From assembly GCA_965215565.1 (NCBI GenBank), contig CBDCDZ010000004.1, positions 2,688,001 to 2,752,000 on the forward strand: a stretch of 64,000 nucleotides of DNA. The letters are read 5' to 3'. Of the stretch, positions 42,424 through 52,252 are shown piece by piece. Position 1 is the stretch's first letter; every line of letters begins with the position of its first letter. The position numbers and the translations under genes are program-made. The DNA is from Trueperaceae bacterium. GTDB taxonomy: Bacteria > Deinococcota > Deinococci > Deinococcales > Trueperaceae. The notes under the pieces were generated by a model. That model searched no databases, was not told the origin of the DNA, and saw only the letters and a list, made by a program, of their open reading frames with translations.

Positions 42424-42816
42424 CTAGGTGGGCTCGATCTCGAGCCGCTCCGCATCCGCCCAGAGCCCTTCTAAATCGTAAAACTCTCGCGCGTCCGGGC
42501 TCATGACGTGCACGACGATATAGCCGTAGTCCATCAAAACCCAGCGCCCCGAGGGCCCCTCGATTGCTTTAGGCACCGTGCCCGCGCCTTTAAGCTCCTC
42601 CTTGACGCCGTCCTCCATCGCTTTGAGCTGCAAACTCGACTCGCCCGAGGCGACGATGAAATAGTCGAGCGTTTCTGAGGCGGTGCTCAGGTCCATCACG
42701 ACGATGTCTAGGGCGCGTTTGTCGTCTAAAGCGTTGACGATGAGTTGGACTTCGCGGGGAACGTCCGCGCTGATGTTGGCTGTGTCTGTTTGTGGTGTGA
42801 CGTGTTCGGTATCTAT
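42424..42816 (-). CDS. rsfS: Ribosome silencing factor (probable ATA start)
   Basis: ALDDKRALDI, DYFIVASG, WVLMDYG, REFYDLEGLW; conserved N-terminus lies upstream of the first GTG. Confidence 0.9.
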   Translation of the reverse strand: MDTEHVTPQTDTANISADVPREVQLIVNALDDKRALDIVVMDLSTASETLDYFIVASGESSLQLKAMEDGVKEELKGAGTVPKAIEGPSGRWVLMDYGYIVVHVMSPDAREFYDLEGLWADAERLEIEPT

Positions 42817-42866
42817 CTCGAGCGCCTCCTCAAAAATCCGTGCGAAGATGGTTGACTTCTGTTCTC

Positions 42867-42888
42867 AACATAACCTAAACATAACCTA
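42867..42888. promoter_or_regulatory. Perfect 11-bp tandem direct repeat upstream of rsfS
   Basis: AACATAACCTA x2. Confidence 0.5.
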
Positions 42889-42937
42889 GAAAAACGTACG
42901 CTTGCGTGTTTATAAGCGTGTTTTTGCGAGTGTGCCG

Positions 42938-44209
42938 TCACTCCGCTTGCGCCAACTGCACGTAAAAAAACTCTCGTGCGTCTCGCCCTAAGACGATCTC
43001 GATATCTGCGCCGATGTCGCGCTCAAAGCGGTCGATCTGCTGCACGCCCAAGCCCAAGAGGTCAGCGTAGTAGTTCGCGGCTGAAAGCGTGCGTCCGGTG
43101 GTGAGCACTTGCGACGAAGGGACGCCCTGCGCCTCCGCCACGCTGAGCCGCGCCTCCGGGACGCCCAGCCCCACGAGGATGCGCTTCGCCTCATTTGCCA
43201 AGGCGGGCACGCCGCTACGGTTTGAGATGCGCACGCTCGCCTCAGGCATCCGGGTGAGTTCGCGCGCCTCGCCGCCGAAGTGTTCGGCTAGAAACGCCTC
43301 GGTGCGCTGCCGGTTCGTCTCGACGTAGCGTCCACTGCCCTCGACGTCGTTGGTGGGCAAGGTGGCGGCGTAGATTTCCAGGTTGGGAAGGCGGGGGATG
43401 AGCTGTGAGACCAGCGCGGGGCTGACATTAGTGTCGACTTCCTCGAGGTATGTAGAGGCGAGCTTGGGCAGCGTCCCTACCGCCCGCACGTTCTGCTCTT
43501 TGAGCTTAGCGAGCAGCGCGCGCGCCAGCGTCTTCACGTTGTCGATTCGGTCGATGTCGCCGCGCAGGGTCTGGCGGTAGCGGATGAACCCGGCTGCCTC
43601 TTCACCATTTAGATGCTGAAAGCCCGGCTGCAGATCAATGGTAAGCCCGGCCGCTTGGTCCTGCCAGTACATCCGGTAGGGCACGTCTAAGTCCACACCG
43701 CCTACCGCGTCCACCAATTTTTCGAAGATGCCGATGTTGATGACTGCGTAGTAATCCACAGGGACGTTGAGAAGCTCCGAAACCGCCCGCCGCACGTGCT
43801 CGGCGCGGTTCATGCCGCCGAAAATCTCGGGTCCGTAGGTGTAAATCTCGTTGATGCCGATGTCGTATTGGGGCAGCAAGAGGTCTCTGGGGATATTGAC
43901 CATGTAGACCTTATTGCCGACGATATTGACAAAAATGACCGTGTCGGTGCGAAAGCCGAGTTCCGCTTTGGTGGTGTAGGCGCGCTGCAGCTTGCCATCT
44001 TTCCAGACCATTGGACCGGCAGGCTGATAGTTGTAGTCGCGCCCCGCCACCACGAAGCTCGCCTGGAACGCGCCGTCCGGGTTGACGAGGTCTCTTTGCT
44101 CGTCGCTCAAAACCGTGCGCTGCGCGCCTTGGGTGAGCCAGAAGCCCGCGATACCCCCGAGCCCGATGAGCAGCCCTATGACCTGAACGAAACGACTGAA
44201 GTTACGCAC
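42938..44209 (-). CDS. LCP (LytR-CpsA-Psr) family protein with LytR_C domain
   Basis: RTDTV, IPRD, VDAVGGV, L.GEEA..FIRYR..GDIDRI. Confidence 0.92.
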   Translation of the reverse strand: MRNFSRFVQVIGLLIGLGGIAGFWLTQGAQRTVLSDEQRDLVNPDGAFQASFVVAGRDYNYQPAGPMVWKDGKLQRAYTTKAELGFRTDTVIFVNIVGNKVYMVNIPRDLLLPQYDIGINEIYTYGPEIFGGMNRAEHVRRAVSELLNVPVDYYAVINIGIFEKLVDAVGGVDLDVPYRMYWQDQAAGLTIDLQPGFQHLNGEEAAGFIRYRQTLRGDIDRIDNVKTLARALLAKLKEQNVRAVGTLPKLASTYLEEVDTNVSPALVSQLIPRLPNLEIYAATLPTNDVEGSGRYVETNRQRTEAFLAEHFGGEARELTRMPEASVRISNRSGVPALANEAKRILVGLGVPEARLSVAEAQGVPSSQVLTTGRTLSAANYYADLLGLGVQQIDRFERDIGADIEIVLGRDAREFFYVQLAQAE

Positions 44210-44220
44210 GTTGCCCTAGG

Positions 44221-44826
44221 TTAAGCTAACCCGTTGGACCGGGTGCAAATCTCCCGGTAGACCTTCATCGTCGCAGGGTGGACCGCTTTGCCCTTGGAAC
44301 GCAGGTAGTTCACCTTGGAGTTGACCGCCCGCTGATACGCCCGGAAGAGGTTGTGCATCGCCAACTCGCGGATATCCGCGTTGACGCCGCGCCCAGGCTC
44401 GGACACGTCGGCGATATAGACCGCCATGCCGATGCGGTTGTCGTGTGAGACACCGAACACGTGCCCCTCAACCGAGTCCAGGACGCGCTCGTCGTTGACG
44501 CCCCACCCCTCGATGATGCGCCTGCCCGCGCGCCCGTGTACCGCTAAGGGGTGTTTTTTCTCCAACTCCGTTTCGGGGGGCGCGAGCGCGAACATCTTCT
44601 CGGGTGGGAGGTCTCGCGCGACGTCGTGCAGCGTCGCCGCGAGGCTCGTCGCCCGAATCTCATCCTCAGAGAAGTCGTTCGCTCTAGCAATCGTCTCGGC
44701 GAGGATAGCGACGCGCACGATATGCTCGAAGCGCTCCGCGCTGACCATCTCCTTGACGCGCGCGCAGTAGGGTTGCACGCTAGTTCTGGTGCAGGGGCTG
44801 TTGACGGTAAAGAGGGTTTTTTGCAA
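44221..44826 (-). CDS. yqeK: YqeK-family HD hydrolase (Ap4A hydrolase)
   Basis: RFEH..RV, LHDVAR, HG.AG, YIAD.SEPGR; follows nadD. Confidence 0.85.
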   Translation of the reverse strand: MQKTLFTVNSPCTRTSVQPYCARVKEMVSAERFEHIVRVAILAETIARANDFSEDEIRATSLAATLHDVARDLPPEKMFALAPPETELEKKHPLAVHGRAGRRIIEGWGVNDERVLDSVEGHVFGVSHDNRIGMAVYIADVSEPGRGVNADIRELAMHNLFRAYQRAVNSKVNYLRSKGKAVHPATMKVYREICTRSNGLA

Positions 44827-45373
44827 GGTAGCTCTCCACGGGTTCGGGAACGAGATAGCGAACGCTCTCTCTATGGGCTAAGCGGCGGCGGACCTCGGTG
44901 CTCGAGACCTCCCACAGCGGCGTGTCTAAGATACGGACTCTCTCCTTGAAATAGGGTTCAACCTCATTGACCGTGTAGTTCGGGCGGCTCAGCGCCACCA
45001 CCGAAACAGACGACACGAGTTCGCGGGCACGGTGCCAACTGCTGATCTCTCTGTAAGCGTCCGCGCCCGTAATGAAAAAAAGCTCGTCGTTGGGGCGCTC
45101 CGCGCGGACCTTGGAGACCGTATCAAAGGTGTAAGACGCGCCTGTGCGCTCGATCTCTAGGCGGCTCACGTGAAACTGCGGGTGGGCGTTCGTCGCGAGT
45201 AAAAGCATCTCGAAACGCGCTTCGGGGGCAGCGGCAGCCTCTTTGTGAGGGGGTGTTTTCGCGGGGATGAACCACAGCGCGTCAAGCCTCAGCACCTCTA
45301 GCGCACGCTGCGCCACCATGAGGTGACCGGCGTGTACAGGATCAAAGCGTCCGCCGAAAAGACCCAATCTCAC
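44780..45373 (-). CDS. nadD: Nicotinate-nucleotide adenylyltransferase
   Basis: GGRFDPVHAGH, PPHK, SYTFDT, ITGAD, SSTEVR. Confidence 0.96.
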   Translation of the reverse strand: MRLGLFGGRFDPVHAGHLMVAQRALEVLRLDALWFIPAKTPPHKEAAAAPEARFEMLLLATNAHPQFHVSRLEIERTGASYTFDTVSKVRAERPNDELFFITGADAYREISSWHRARELVSSVSVVALSRPNYTVNEVEPYFKERVRILDTPLWEVSSTEVRRRLAHRESVRYLVPEPVESYLAKNPLYRQQPLHQN

Positions 45374-45490
45374 CGTACGAGCCTCATCCTATAAACCTCA
45401 CTGTACAAACCTCTGCGTGATTCCCACAAAGCCCCCACCGCAAGAGTGTACCTCTTGGGGAAGGGGAGATGCGTGCAGGTATCACAATAC

Positions 45491-46777
45491 TTAGTCTACC
45501 TCGTTTTGTACACCGGGAACCCTGGTTTTATCTTCATCAAAGTACTCAAAAACGGCGTCGCCAATCGCCACGTCGTCGCCGTCTTGTGCGCCCGCCTTTT
45601 TGAGCAGTTTGTTCACACCTAAAGAGGCGAAGTGGTGCTGCAGATAGGACACGGCGTCGGGGTTCGTCGGGCTGAAGCGGGCGATGACCGCTTCGATCTC
45701 AGAGCCCGTGACGCGCCAAAAGCCGTCCTCTTGAACGACGCGCACCGGGTCTACGACGACTTTCGTAGGTGTAGGGCTAAGGGGTGTAATCTCAGAGCGC
45801 TGCGGCAATAGCTCGAAAAGGCTTTGGCGCAGGGCGTCTAAGTTTTGGGCCTCGAGCGCCGACACCGCCAGCACGGGTAGCCCGAAGCGTGTCAGGGTAG
45901 CGACGATCTCCTCCACCTCTTCTTCGGCTGCCAAGTCCGTCTTATTCAGCACGACGAGCCCAGGCAAATCCAGAAGGAGCGGGTCGTATTCGCGCAATTC
46001 GCGCCGGAGCGCCTCTAGGTTTTCGGCGGGCGACTCCGCGATGTCGAGTACGAAGACGAGCAGGCGCGTACGTGAGATGTGCCGCAAGAACTCGAGCCCC
46101 AACCCCTTGCCCTTGTGCGCGTCCTCAATGATGCCGGGGATGTCCGCCAAGGTGAACCGCTCGTGCTCGCGCTCGACAATCCCTAAATTCGGACTGAGCG
46201 TCGTAAAAGGGTAGGAGGCGATCTGCGGTTTAGCGTTGGAGAGCGCCGCTAAGAGGCTCGACTTGCCCGCGTTCGGGTAGCCGACTAGGCCGATATCGGC
46301 AATCGTACGCAGCTCGAGCCTGACGCGCCGCTTGTCGCCCTTCGTACCGAATTCCGCGAAGCGCGGCGCTTGCCGCTTCGCCGTCGCGAACGACGTGTTG
46401 CCGCGCCCGCCCAGACCGCCCTGCGCGACGAGCGCGCGCTGCCCAACCTCCAAGAGGTCCGCGAGCACGTCGCCCGTGTCTAAGTCGGTGGCTAGCGTCC
46501 CAACCGGAACTTTAAGGGTGACATCTTCGCCCTTCGCGCCCGCCCGGTTGCGCCCTTCGCCCTGTCCGCCCGTCTGCGCTTTATAGAGCCGCTGCCCCAC
46601 CATTCGCTCTAAAGAGGAGACGTCGTCGACTGCCTCTAAGTACACGCTCCCGCCGCCGCCGCCGTGCCCGCCATCGGGTCCGCCCTTGGGCACGTACTTG
46701 AGGCGCAAGAACGACATGCCGCCGTCGCCGCCTTTGCCGCCTTGAACTGTGATGTCGAGAACGTCCCTCAGTGCCAT
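45491..46777 (-). CDS. obgE: Obg GTPase
   Basis: Gly-rich Obg fold, [23 protein letters not shown]-terminal DUF1967-type domain. Confidence 0.98.
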   Translation of the reverse strand: MALRDVLDITVQGGKGGDGGMSFLRLKYVPKGGPDGGHGGGGGSVYLEAVDDVSSLERMVGQRLYKAQTGGQGEGRNRAGAKGEDVTLKVPVGTLATDLDTGDVLADLLEVGQRALVAQGGLGGRGNTSFATAKRQAPRFAEFGTKGDKRRVRLELRTIADIGLVGYPNAGKSSLLAALSNAKPQIASYPFTTLSPNLGIVEREHERFTLADIPGIIEDAHKGKGLGLEFLRHISRTRLLVFVLDIAESPAENLEALRRELREYDPLLLDLPGLVVLNKTDLAAEEEVEEIVATLTRFGLPVLAVSALEAQNLDALRQSLFELLPQRSEITPLSPTPTKVVVDPVRVVQEDGFWRVTGSEIEAVIARFSPTNPDAVSYLQHHFASLGVNKLLKKAGAQDGDDVAIGDAVFEYFDEDKTRVPGVQNEVD

Positions 46778-46803
46778 TGCGTAACCTCTCTACCTCCGGG
46801 CAG

Positions 46804-46835
46804 AAAAAAGACGCGAGGTTGGTCCCCGCGTCTTT
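46804..46835 (-). terminator. Intrinsic terminator after rpmA
   Basis: AAAGACGCG...CGCGTC then TTTTTT on the minus strand. Confidence 0.75.
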
Positions 46836-46850
46836 CGCTTAAAAGTTTTC

Positions 46851-47129
46851 TTAGTCCGCTGCGATAGCAGGCGAATCTTGGTTCTCGATGCTGATAAAGC
46901 GCCCTTTAGAGCCTTTGTTGTGGAACTTTACCACGCCGTCACGCATCGCGAAGAGCGTGAAGTCGTTGCCTTGCCCGACGTTCTTGCCGGGCTTGAATTT
47001 CGTGCCGCGCTGACGTACTAAAATATTGCCAGCCAGAACAACCTGTCCCTCGAAACGCTTGACGCCCAGGCGCTTCGACTCGCTGTCGCGTCCGTTTTTA
47101 GAACTGCCTACACCCTTCTTATGTGCCAT
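46851..47129 (-). CDS. rpmA: 50S ribosomal protein L27
   Basis: [24 protein letters not shown]. Confidence 0.99.
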   Translation of the reverse strand: MAHKKGVGSSKNGRDSESKRLGVKRFEGQVVLAGNILVRQRGTKFKPGKNVGQGNDFTLFAMRDGVVKFHNKGSKGRFISIENQDSPAIAAD

Positions 47130-47130
47130 T

Positions 47131-47427
47131 TTAGCCTCCTCGAGGGAGCGTAACGCGCTCTCTCTGCTCTTTCAAACTTTGCCAAGCGCTCCTGTCTCGG
47201 GGCTGCACCCAGTCTCGCCCTATTCTCTCCCAATTCGGGTCCTTCGGGTTGAGACCTAGCTCACGAACGCCTTCTTCTTCGGTGACGAAATACTGCTTCT
47301 TGTAGGGGAAGAGATATCCGCCTTGCTCCTCTAGCGAGGCGCGCGCCTCTTCGTAAGAGGTAAACCAGCGGTTCAAAACAGCGTCCATCTGCGGTACGTA
47401 CATGCTCGGCTTGGATGATTCCGTCAT
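47131..47427 (-). CDS. Hypothetical protein between rplU and rpmA
   Basis: GGAGGT RBS; aromatic-rich WF.SYEEA..GGYLFPY..QYFV; 3' end contains the rpmA RBS. Confidence 0.8.
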   Translation of the reverse strand: MTESSKPSMYVPQMDAVLNRWFTSYEEARASLEEQGGYLFPYKKQYFVTEEEGVRELGLNPKDPNWERIGRDWVQPRDRSAWQSLKEQRERVTLPRGG

Positions 47428-47490
47428 CTTGACCTCCGTGAATCTGCTGCCGGGAAGGACGCTCTAACCTCTACTTAAAAGCGCAACCTC

Positions 47491-47802
47491 TTAACCCGTG
47501 ATTTTGCCGATGCGAATTTCAGTATAGGGCTGGCGGTGACCGTTCTTACGGCGGTAGTTCGCCTTCGCCTTGAACTTGTAGATATAGATTTTCTTGCCGC
47601 GCCCATGCGAAACAACCTCTGCTTTGACGTTAGCGCCGTCTACTAGGGGTGCGCCGACTTTGACTTCGGTGTCATCGCCGCCTAACATCATGACGGGCAA
47701 CTCGACGGTCTCGCCGGGTTCGGCTTTCAAGGACTCGAGCCTCAGCACGTCCCCCTCGGTCACGCGGTACTGTTTGCCGCCACTCTGAATAATTGCGAAC
47801 AT
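47491..47802 (-). CDS. rplU: 50S ribosomal protein L21
   Basis: [21 protein letters not shown]; start 47802 after GGAGGT. Confidence 0.99.
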   Translation of the reverse strand: MFAIIQSGGKQYRVTEGDVLRLESLKAEPGETVELPVMMLGGDDTEVKVGAPLVDGANVKAEVVSHGRGKKIYIYKFKAKANYRRKNGHRQPYTEIRIGKITG

Positions 47803-47964
47803 TTCAACCTCCGGCTGTTTTATCCCTACTCGGTACACGCTTGGTACACGGTGGTGAAAAGCAGCGCTTCTATACTCAAAAATAAACCCTGGACATCCGA
47901 ATCAGCTCTCGAACGACGCCCAGGACTCGCCCGACGAAGCGGGTTTTTCGAAACTCGACTACAT

Positions 47965-48054
47965 CAACCGAGTTTGAATTGTGCAGCTATAATCTCACGC
48001 AAGTCAATCGAAGCTCTTTCGAGCGAAAACGCTTGTGACCAGACAATACCTGCT
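47965..48054 (+). mobile_element. Diverged MITE-family copy abutting tRNA-Ala 3' end
   Basis: CCGAGTTTGAATTGTGCAGCTATAATC...GACCAGACAATACCTGCT. Confidence 0.6.
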
Positions 48055-48057
48055 TGG

Positions 48058-48133
<76 letters not shown>

Positions 48134-48221
48134 ACGCCGCTGCCCAACTAAAAACGGAAGCAGCAACGGTTAGTTTAGCGTCTTTAGCCCGCCTGTGTCA
48201 AGCGTCGACGTAGCTAAGAGA

Positions 48222-48641
48222 TCAGGTTTGCTTGGCGTCTCGCGCTGCCCGCGCCGCTGCCCGGTCCTCTTCCTGGCGGCTCACGTCCGTCTTGAGGCGC
48301 GCCGCTTTGCCGCGCAGCTCGCGCAGGTAGTAGAGCTTGGCGCGCCGCGTGCGCCCGCGCCGCACGATCTCGACTGAGTCAATGAGCGGTGAGTGCAGCG
48401 GAAAGACACGCTCGACGCCCTCGCCGAAGCTCACCTTGCGCACCGTGAACGACGCCCGTGCACCTTTTTTGCCATTTTGACGCGCGATGGCGACGCCTTC
48501 GAACGCCTGGACGCGCGTGCGGTTGCCTTCTGACACCTTGTAGTTGACGCGCACCGTGTCGCCCGTATCGAATTCGGGGATGTCGTCGCGCAAGTAAGGC
48601 TGCTCGATAGAGCGTAAGATCGCGCCTTTATTGTATTTCAC
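48222..48641 (-). CDS. rplS: 50S ribosomal protein L19
   Basis: [36 protein letters not shown] 48641 after AAGGAGG. Confidence 0.99.
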   Translation of the reverse strand: MKYNKGAILRSIEQPYLRDDIPEFDTGDTVRVNYKVSEGNRTRVQAFEGVAIARQNGKKGARASFTVRKVSFGEGVERVFPLHSPLIDSVEIVRRGRTRRAKLYYLRELRGKAARLKTDVSRQEEDRAAARAARDAKQT

Positions 48642-49033
48642 CTTGAATGCCTCCTTTGACGGTTCTTTTTTCACATGTCTTTCTCTGCACAGTGCTTCAA
48701 AAACGCTGTTACTGCTGCGTTATCCTGCGTGATAGTAGATTCAAATAGAGAATTGCCTGAGCGACGAAACATAACACTCCTAGATGCTCGTCCACACAAC
48801 CTTGTTATATTAGCGTGCGCGCGCCTTCTAACGCAAGTGCGCTGGAGACGAACGCTCCTTCTGTGAGCTAGTCGAACCTCGTGTCGCGGATGGAGCTAAA
48901 CAAAGAGATTGCGAATATAGCAGCCCAGAGTTAGCGGAAGCGTTCCGCGAGGCGCACCGTGGTCGTTTGGCTCGAGCTAGCCCCCTCGAAACAATCGGTT
49001 CACTTTCCCGCCTTGCATCTATTCGCTCGACTA

Positions 49034-49144
49034 TAGCGGTTATCAGAAGTACTGAGTTTGAATCACGCAGGCACCATCCCCTAAAGTGCGTGCTGAACGA
49101 TGTTTTATCTCGTGAGATTGGCTCAAACCAGATGATACCTGCTA
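49034..49144 (+). mobile_element. 111-bp MITE-family copy (full length, TA-flanked)
   Basis: TA|TAGCGGTTATC...CAAACCAGATGATACCTGCTA|TA. Confidence 0.88.
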
Positions 49145-49291
49145 TATTCGCTCAGTCGCAACGTTTGGATGTCGCGTCACTGTCTCGGGCTTGCACAGAT
49201 TCGAGTCTGTATAGAGCGCGATTTCGGGAACTTCGGAGCGTTTCTAAAGCGCTCACGCCTAAGACCGCGTGGCGGCGGGTTCGCAATTTTC

Positions 49292-49543
49292 TAACAAGTA
49301 TCATCTGGTTTGAGTGTACGTAAGTTTGTCCCGGTTACACCGTTTTCGCGTCTGCGAAAGGGAAACTTCGTAAGCGAAGCAACGCTCTCACTGTAAAAAA
49401 CACCGTTTCCTAGCGGAAAACTGCGCAACTAGCACGCACATTCGAAGATGAAATCCCGCAACGGCAGGGCGGCCTGCCCGTAACGCTAGTCCTTGCGGAC
49501 AGAGATCTGCGGAACTCCGTCTCAGTATATTTTGGAAGTGCTA
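49292..49543 (-). mobile_element. MITE-family copy expanded by three insert blocks, one doubly nested
   Basis: Collinear with the reverse complement of 9091-9201 (shares GTCTCAGTATATTTTGGAAGTGCTA) plus inserts. Confidence 0.82.
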
Positions 49544-49662
49544 TTCGTAGCGGCTTCGCAGGCTTCATAGCAGCTTCATAAGGACGCGATTTTCTCAGTT
49601 AAGGCTTTCTAAAGGCAAAACTTACCAAGGAATTTCACCTTTGCGTGCTAGGCTAGCAGGCG

Positions 49663-51249
49663 ATGAAGAAGCTTACCCTAACGATACTTCTAACGTGTCT
49701 CGCACCGTTTTTGCTAGCGCAAGAGGGTGCGATTCAGACTGGCTCAGAGCGAAGTAGCGCGCCGCTCGTCGTCAGCACCTCGCCCGAACGTGCAGACGCA
49801 CAACCTCTAGAGGGCGCGGCACTCTCGGGCGAAGTCTACATCTTTTTAGACCCGGCGCGCCTAGAAGGTGCCCTGCCCGGCGACATTGAACCAGGCGACA
49901 TTGAAGAGGTCGCCTTCTACCTCAATGATGCTCAAGCGCTCAGCCCCCTGCAGGTCGAGTCCGTCGCGCCTTTCGATTTCGCAGGTACGGACGAAGAGCG
50001 CGCTTACCCCTTCAACGTCGATGACCTGAGCCGCCGCGACAACGTCGTCACGGCGGAGGTCACGCTGGCGTCCGGCGACATGCAGACGCTCGCCGCGTCG
50101 TTCGTCGCCGAGGACGTTTTAGTACAAGCCGACTACTACGTCGCCACGACTGGCTCGGACGACGCGGACGGCAGCGTAAACGCGCCTTTCGGCACGGTTG
50201 CCAAGGCGCTCAGCCTCGTCCAGCCGGGCGAGCGGATACAGCTTCGCGGGGGTATCTACAAGGAATACGTCAACGGCGTCACCTTCGAGATTGCCAGCGG
50301 CACCCAACTCGCCCCCATCACGGTCGAAAGTTATCCCGGCGAGATGGCCGTCATCGACGGCAGCGAGCGGCACTGGTCGGAGGATAAGTCGCCGAGCTAC
50401 CCGGCGCTTTTTAGGCTCGAGGAGGTCGAGTGGTTCGTCATCCAGAACCTAACCTTTCGCCACGCCGCCGGGCGCTCTTTACACCTAGAAGGCAACCACA
50501 ACGTGATTAGAAACGTCCTCTCTTACGAGAACCACTCGGACGGCGTGTACGTCTTGGGAGACCGCAACTTGCTCGAGGGCATCGTCTCGCACAGCAACTA
50601 CAGCGAGCAGAATGACGGCGATTCCGCCGACGGCATCAAGCTGGTTGCCGGCGACGCCAACGTGGTGCGCAACTGCCACACCTACAATAACTCCGACGAT
50701 GGCACCGACATCTGGGAAAGCACCAACACGCTGGTGGAGTTTTGCATCTCGCACGAGAATGGGCGCGGCGAGACGGGCGACGGTCAGGGCTTTAAGCTGG
50801 GCAGCCGACGCACGAAGAACAACCACGCGACGGTGCGCTATAACATCGCCTATAAAAACCGCGCGAACAATTTCGACAGCAACAACGGCGGCGGGCTCAC
50901 CCTTTTACACAACACCTCGTGGCAAGCGGGCAACCTCGGCTTCCGTCTTCTCACGGAAGGGGGCAAGCCCGGCAACGTCGCCAAGAACAACATCAGCTAT
51001 GAAGACCCTGACCTCAACTACGGCGACAGGGAAAAGTTGGAGAACAACACCTGGAACTTGGGCATCGAAGACCCCGAATTCATCAGCTTGAACCCCGACT
51101 CGCCAAACTTTTTGCGTTTAGAAGAGGACAGCCCCGCCATCAATGCAGGCGCGAAAGTCGGCCTTCCTTATACCGGCCCTGCCCCCGACTTGGGTGCGAT
51201 TGAGCACAATCAAGAGGTGGTGGCGTTTGGCCCTTCGGAGGACGACTAG
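49663..51249 (+). CDS. Secreted right-handed beta-helix protein (PL9 pectate-lyase-like) with N-terminal beta domain
   Basis: Signal peptide; YYVATTGSD..GS...PF, ADG, NSDDG.D, GDGQGFKLG, PDLGAIE. Confidence 0.8.
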   Translation: MKKLTLTILLTCLAPFLLAQEGAIQTGSERSSAPLVVSTSPERADAQPLEGAALSGEVYIFLDPARLEGALPGDIEPGDIEEVAFYLNDAQALSPLQVESVAPFDFAGTDEERAYPFNVDDLSRRDNVVTAEVTLASGDMQTLAASFVAEDVLVQADYYVATTGSDDADGSVNAPFGTVAKALSLVQPGERIQLRGGIYKEYVNGVTFEIASGTQLAPITVESYPGEMAVIDGSERHWSEDKSPSYPALFRLEEVEWFVIQNLTFRHAAGRSLHLEGNHNVIRNVLSYENHSDGVYVLGDRNLLEGIVSHSNYSEQNDGDSADGIKLVAGDANVVRNCHTYNNSDDGTDIWESTNTLVEFCISHENGRGETGDGQGFKLGSRRTKNNHATVRYNIAYKNRANNFDSNNGGGLTLLHNTSWQAGNLGFRLLTEGGKPGNVAKNNISYEDPDLNYGDREKLENNTWNLGIEDPEFISLNPDSPNFLRLEEDSPAINAGAKVGLPYTGPAPDLGAIEHNQEVVAFGPSEDD

Positions 51250-51251
51250 GT

Positions 51252-52226
51252 CTAACTGTGCCCCGCCACCGGGCGCGGCGTATAGGGTTCCTCTAAAGAC
51301 CTCAGCTCCTCTTCGCTGAGTGCTGAGCCCACCGCTCCGGCCGCGTCCTCTAGGTGCTTCAGCTTGGTCGCGCCGATGACGGGCGCGCTCACGGCGGGCT
51401 GGTGCAAGAGCCACGCGAGCGCGATCTGTGCCGGGCTCACCCCTTTTTCTTCGGAAAGGTCAACTACGCGGTTGATGATGGCGTCGCTCCCTTCGGGTTC
51501 GTAGAGGCGTCTGGCGATGTCGTCGCTTTCGCCCCTCGAGGTAGCCATCCTCTCCTCGGGTCTGCGCGTCAAATATCCCCTCGCCAGCGGGCTCCACGGG
51601 ATCACGCCGACACCCTCCTCTAAACAGAGGGGGAGCATCTCGCGCTCCTCTTCGCGGTAGAGCAGATTGTAGTGGTTCTGCATCGAGACGAAGCGTGTCA
51701 AGCTTTTTAGCTCCGCTTTGTAAAGCGCTTTTGCGAACTGATACGCGAACATGCTGCTCGCGCCCAAATAGCGCACGTAACCCGCCTTGACCACGTCGTG
51801 GAGCGCCTCTAACGTCTCCTCTACGGGCGTCTCGTAGTCGAAGCGGTGAATCTGGTAGAGGTCGATATAGTCGGTGCCGAGCCTGCGGAGTGAATCCTCC
51901 ACCCCGTCAAAGATGTGCTTGCGCGACAGCCCGCCCCGGTTCGGCGCGTCACTCATCGGCATATAGACTTTCGTCGCGATGACCACCTCATCGCGGCGCG
52001 TAAACTCTTTAAGGAGCTTGCCCGTGACCTCTTCGCTGACGCCCTGCGAATACATATCCGCCGTGTCGAAAAAGTTGATGCCCAGTTCCACAGCGCGCTG
52101 CACAAAGGGGCGGCTCGCCTCTTCGTCCAAAACCCACTCGCGCCACTCGGGGGTGCCGTAGCTCATCATGCCCAAGCAGATGCGCGAGACTTTGAGCCCT
52201 GTGTTGCCTAGATTGGTATAGTCCAT
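51252..52226 (-). CDS. Aldo/keto reductase
   Basis: GINFFDTADMY, IATK, DYIDLYQIHR, QNHYNL, WSPLA.G. Confidence 0.95.
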   Translation of the reverse strand: MDYTNLGNTGLKVSRICLGMMSYGTPEWREWVLDEEASRPFVQRAVELGINFFDTADMYSQGVSEEVTGKLLKEFTRRDEVVIATKVYMPMSDAPNRGGLSRKHIFDGVEDSLRRLGTDYIDLYQIHRFDYETPVEETLEALHDVVKAGYVRYLGASSMFAYQFAKALYKAELKSLTRFVSMQNHYNLLYREEEREMLPLCLEEGVGVIPWSPLARGYLTRRPEERMATSRGESDDIARRLYEPEGSDAIINRVVDLSEEKGVSPAQIALAWLLHQPAVSAPVIGATKLKHLEDAAGAVGSALSEEELRSLEEPYTPRPVAGHS

Positions 52227-52252
52227 AGGTCACTATGAAGTGGAGGTGCGCG

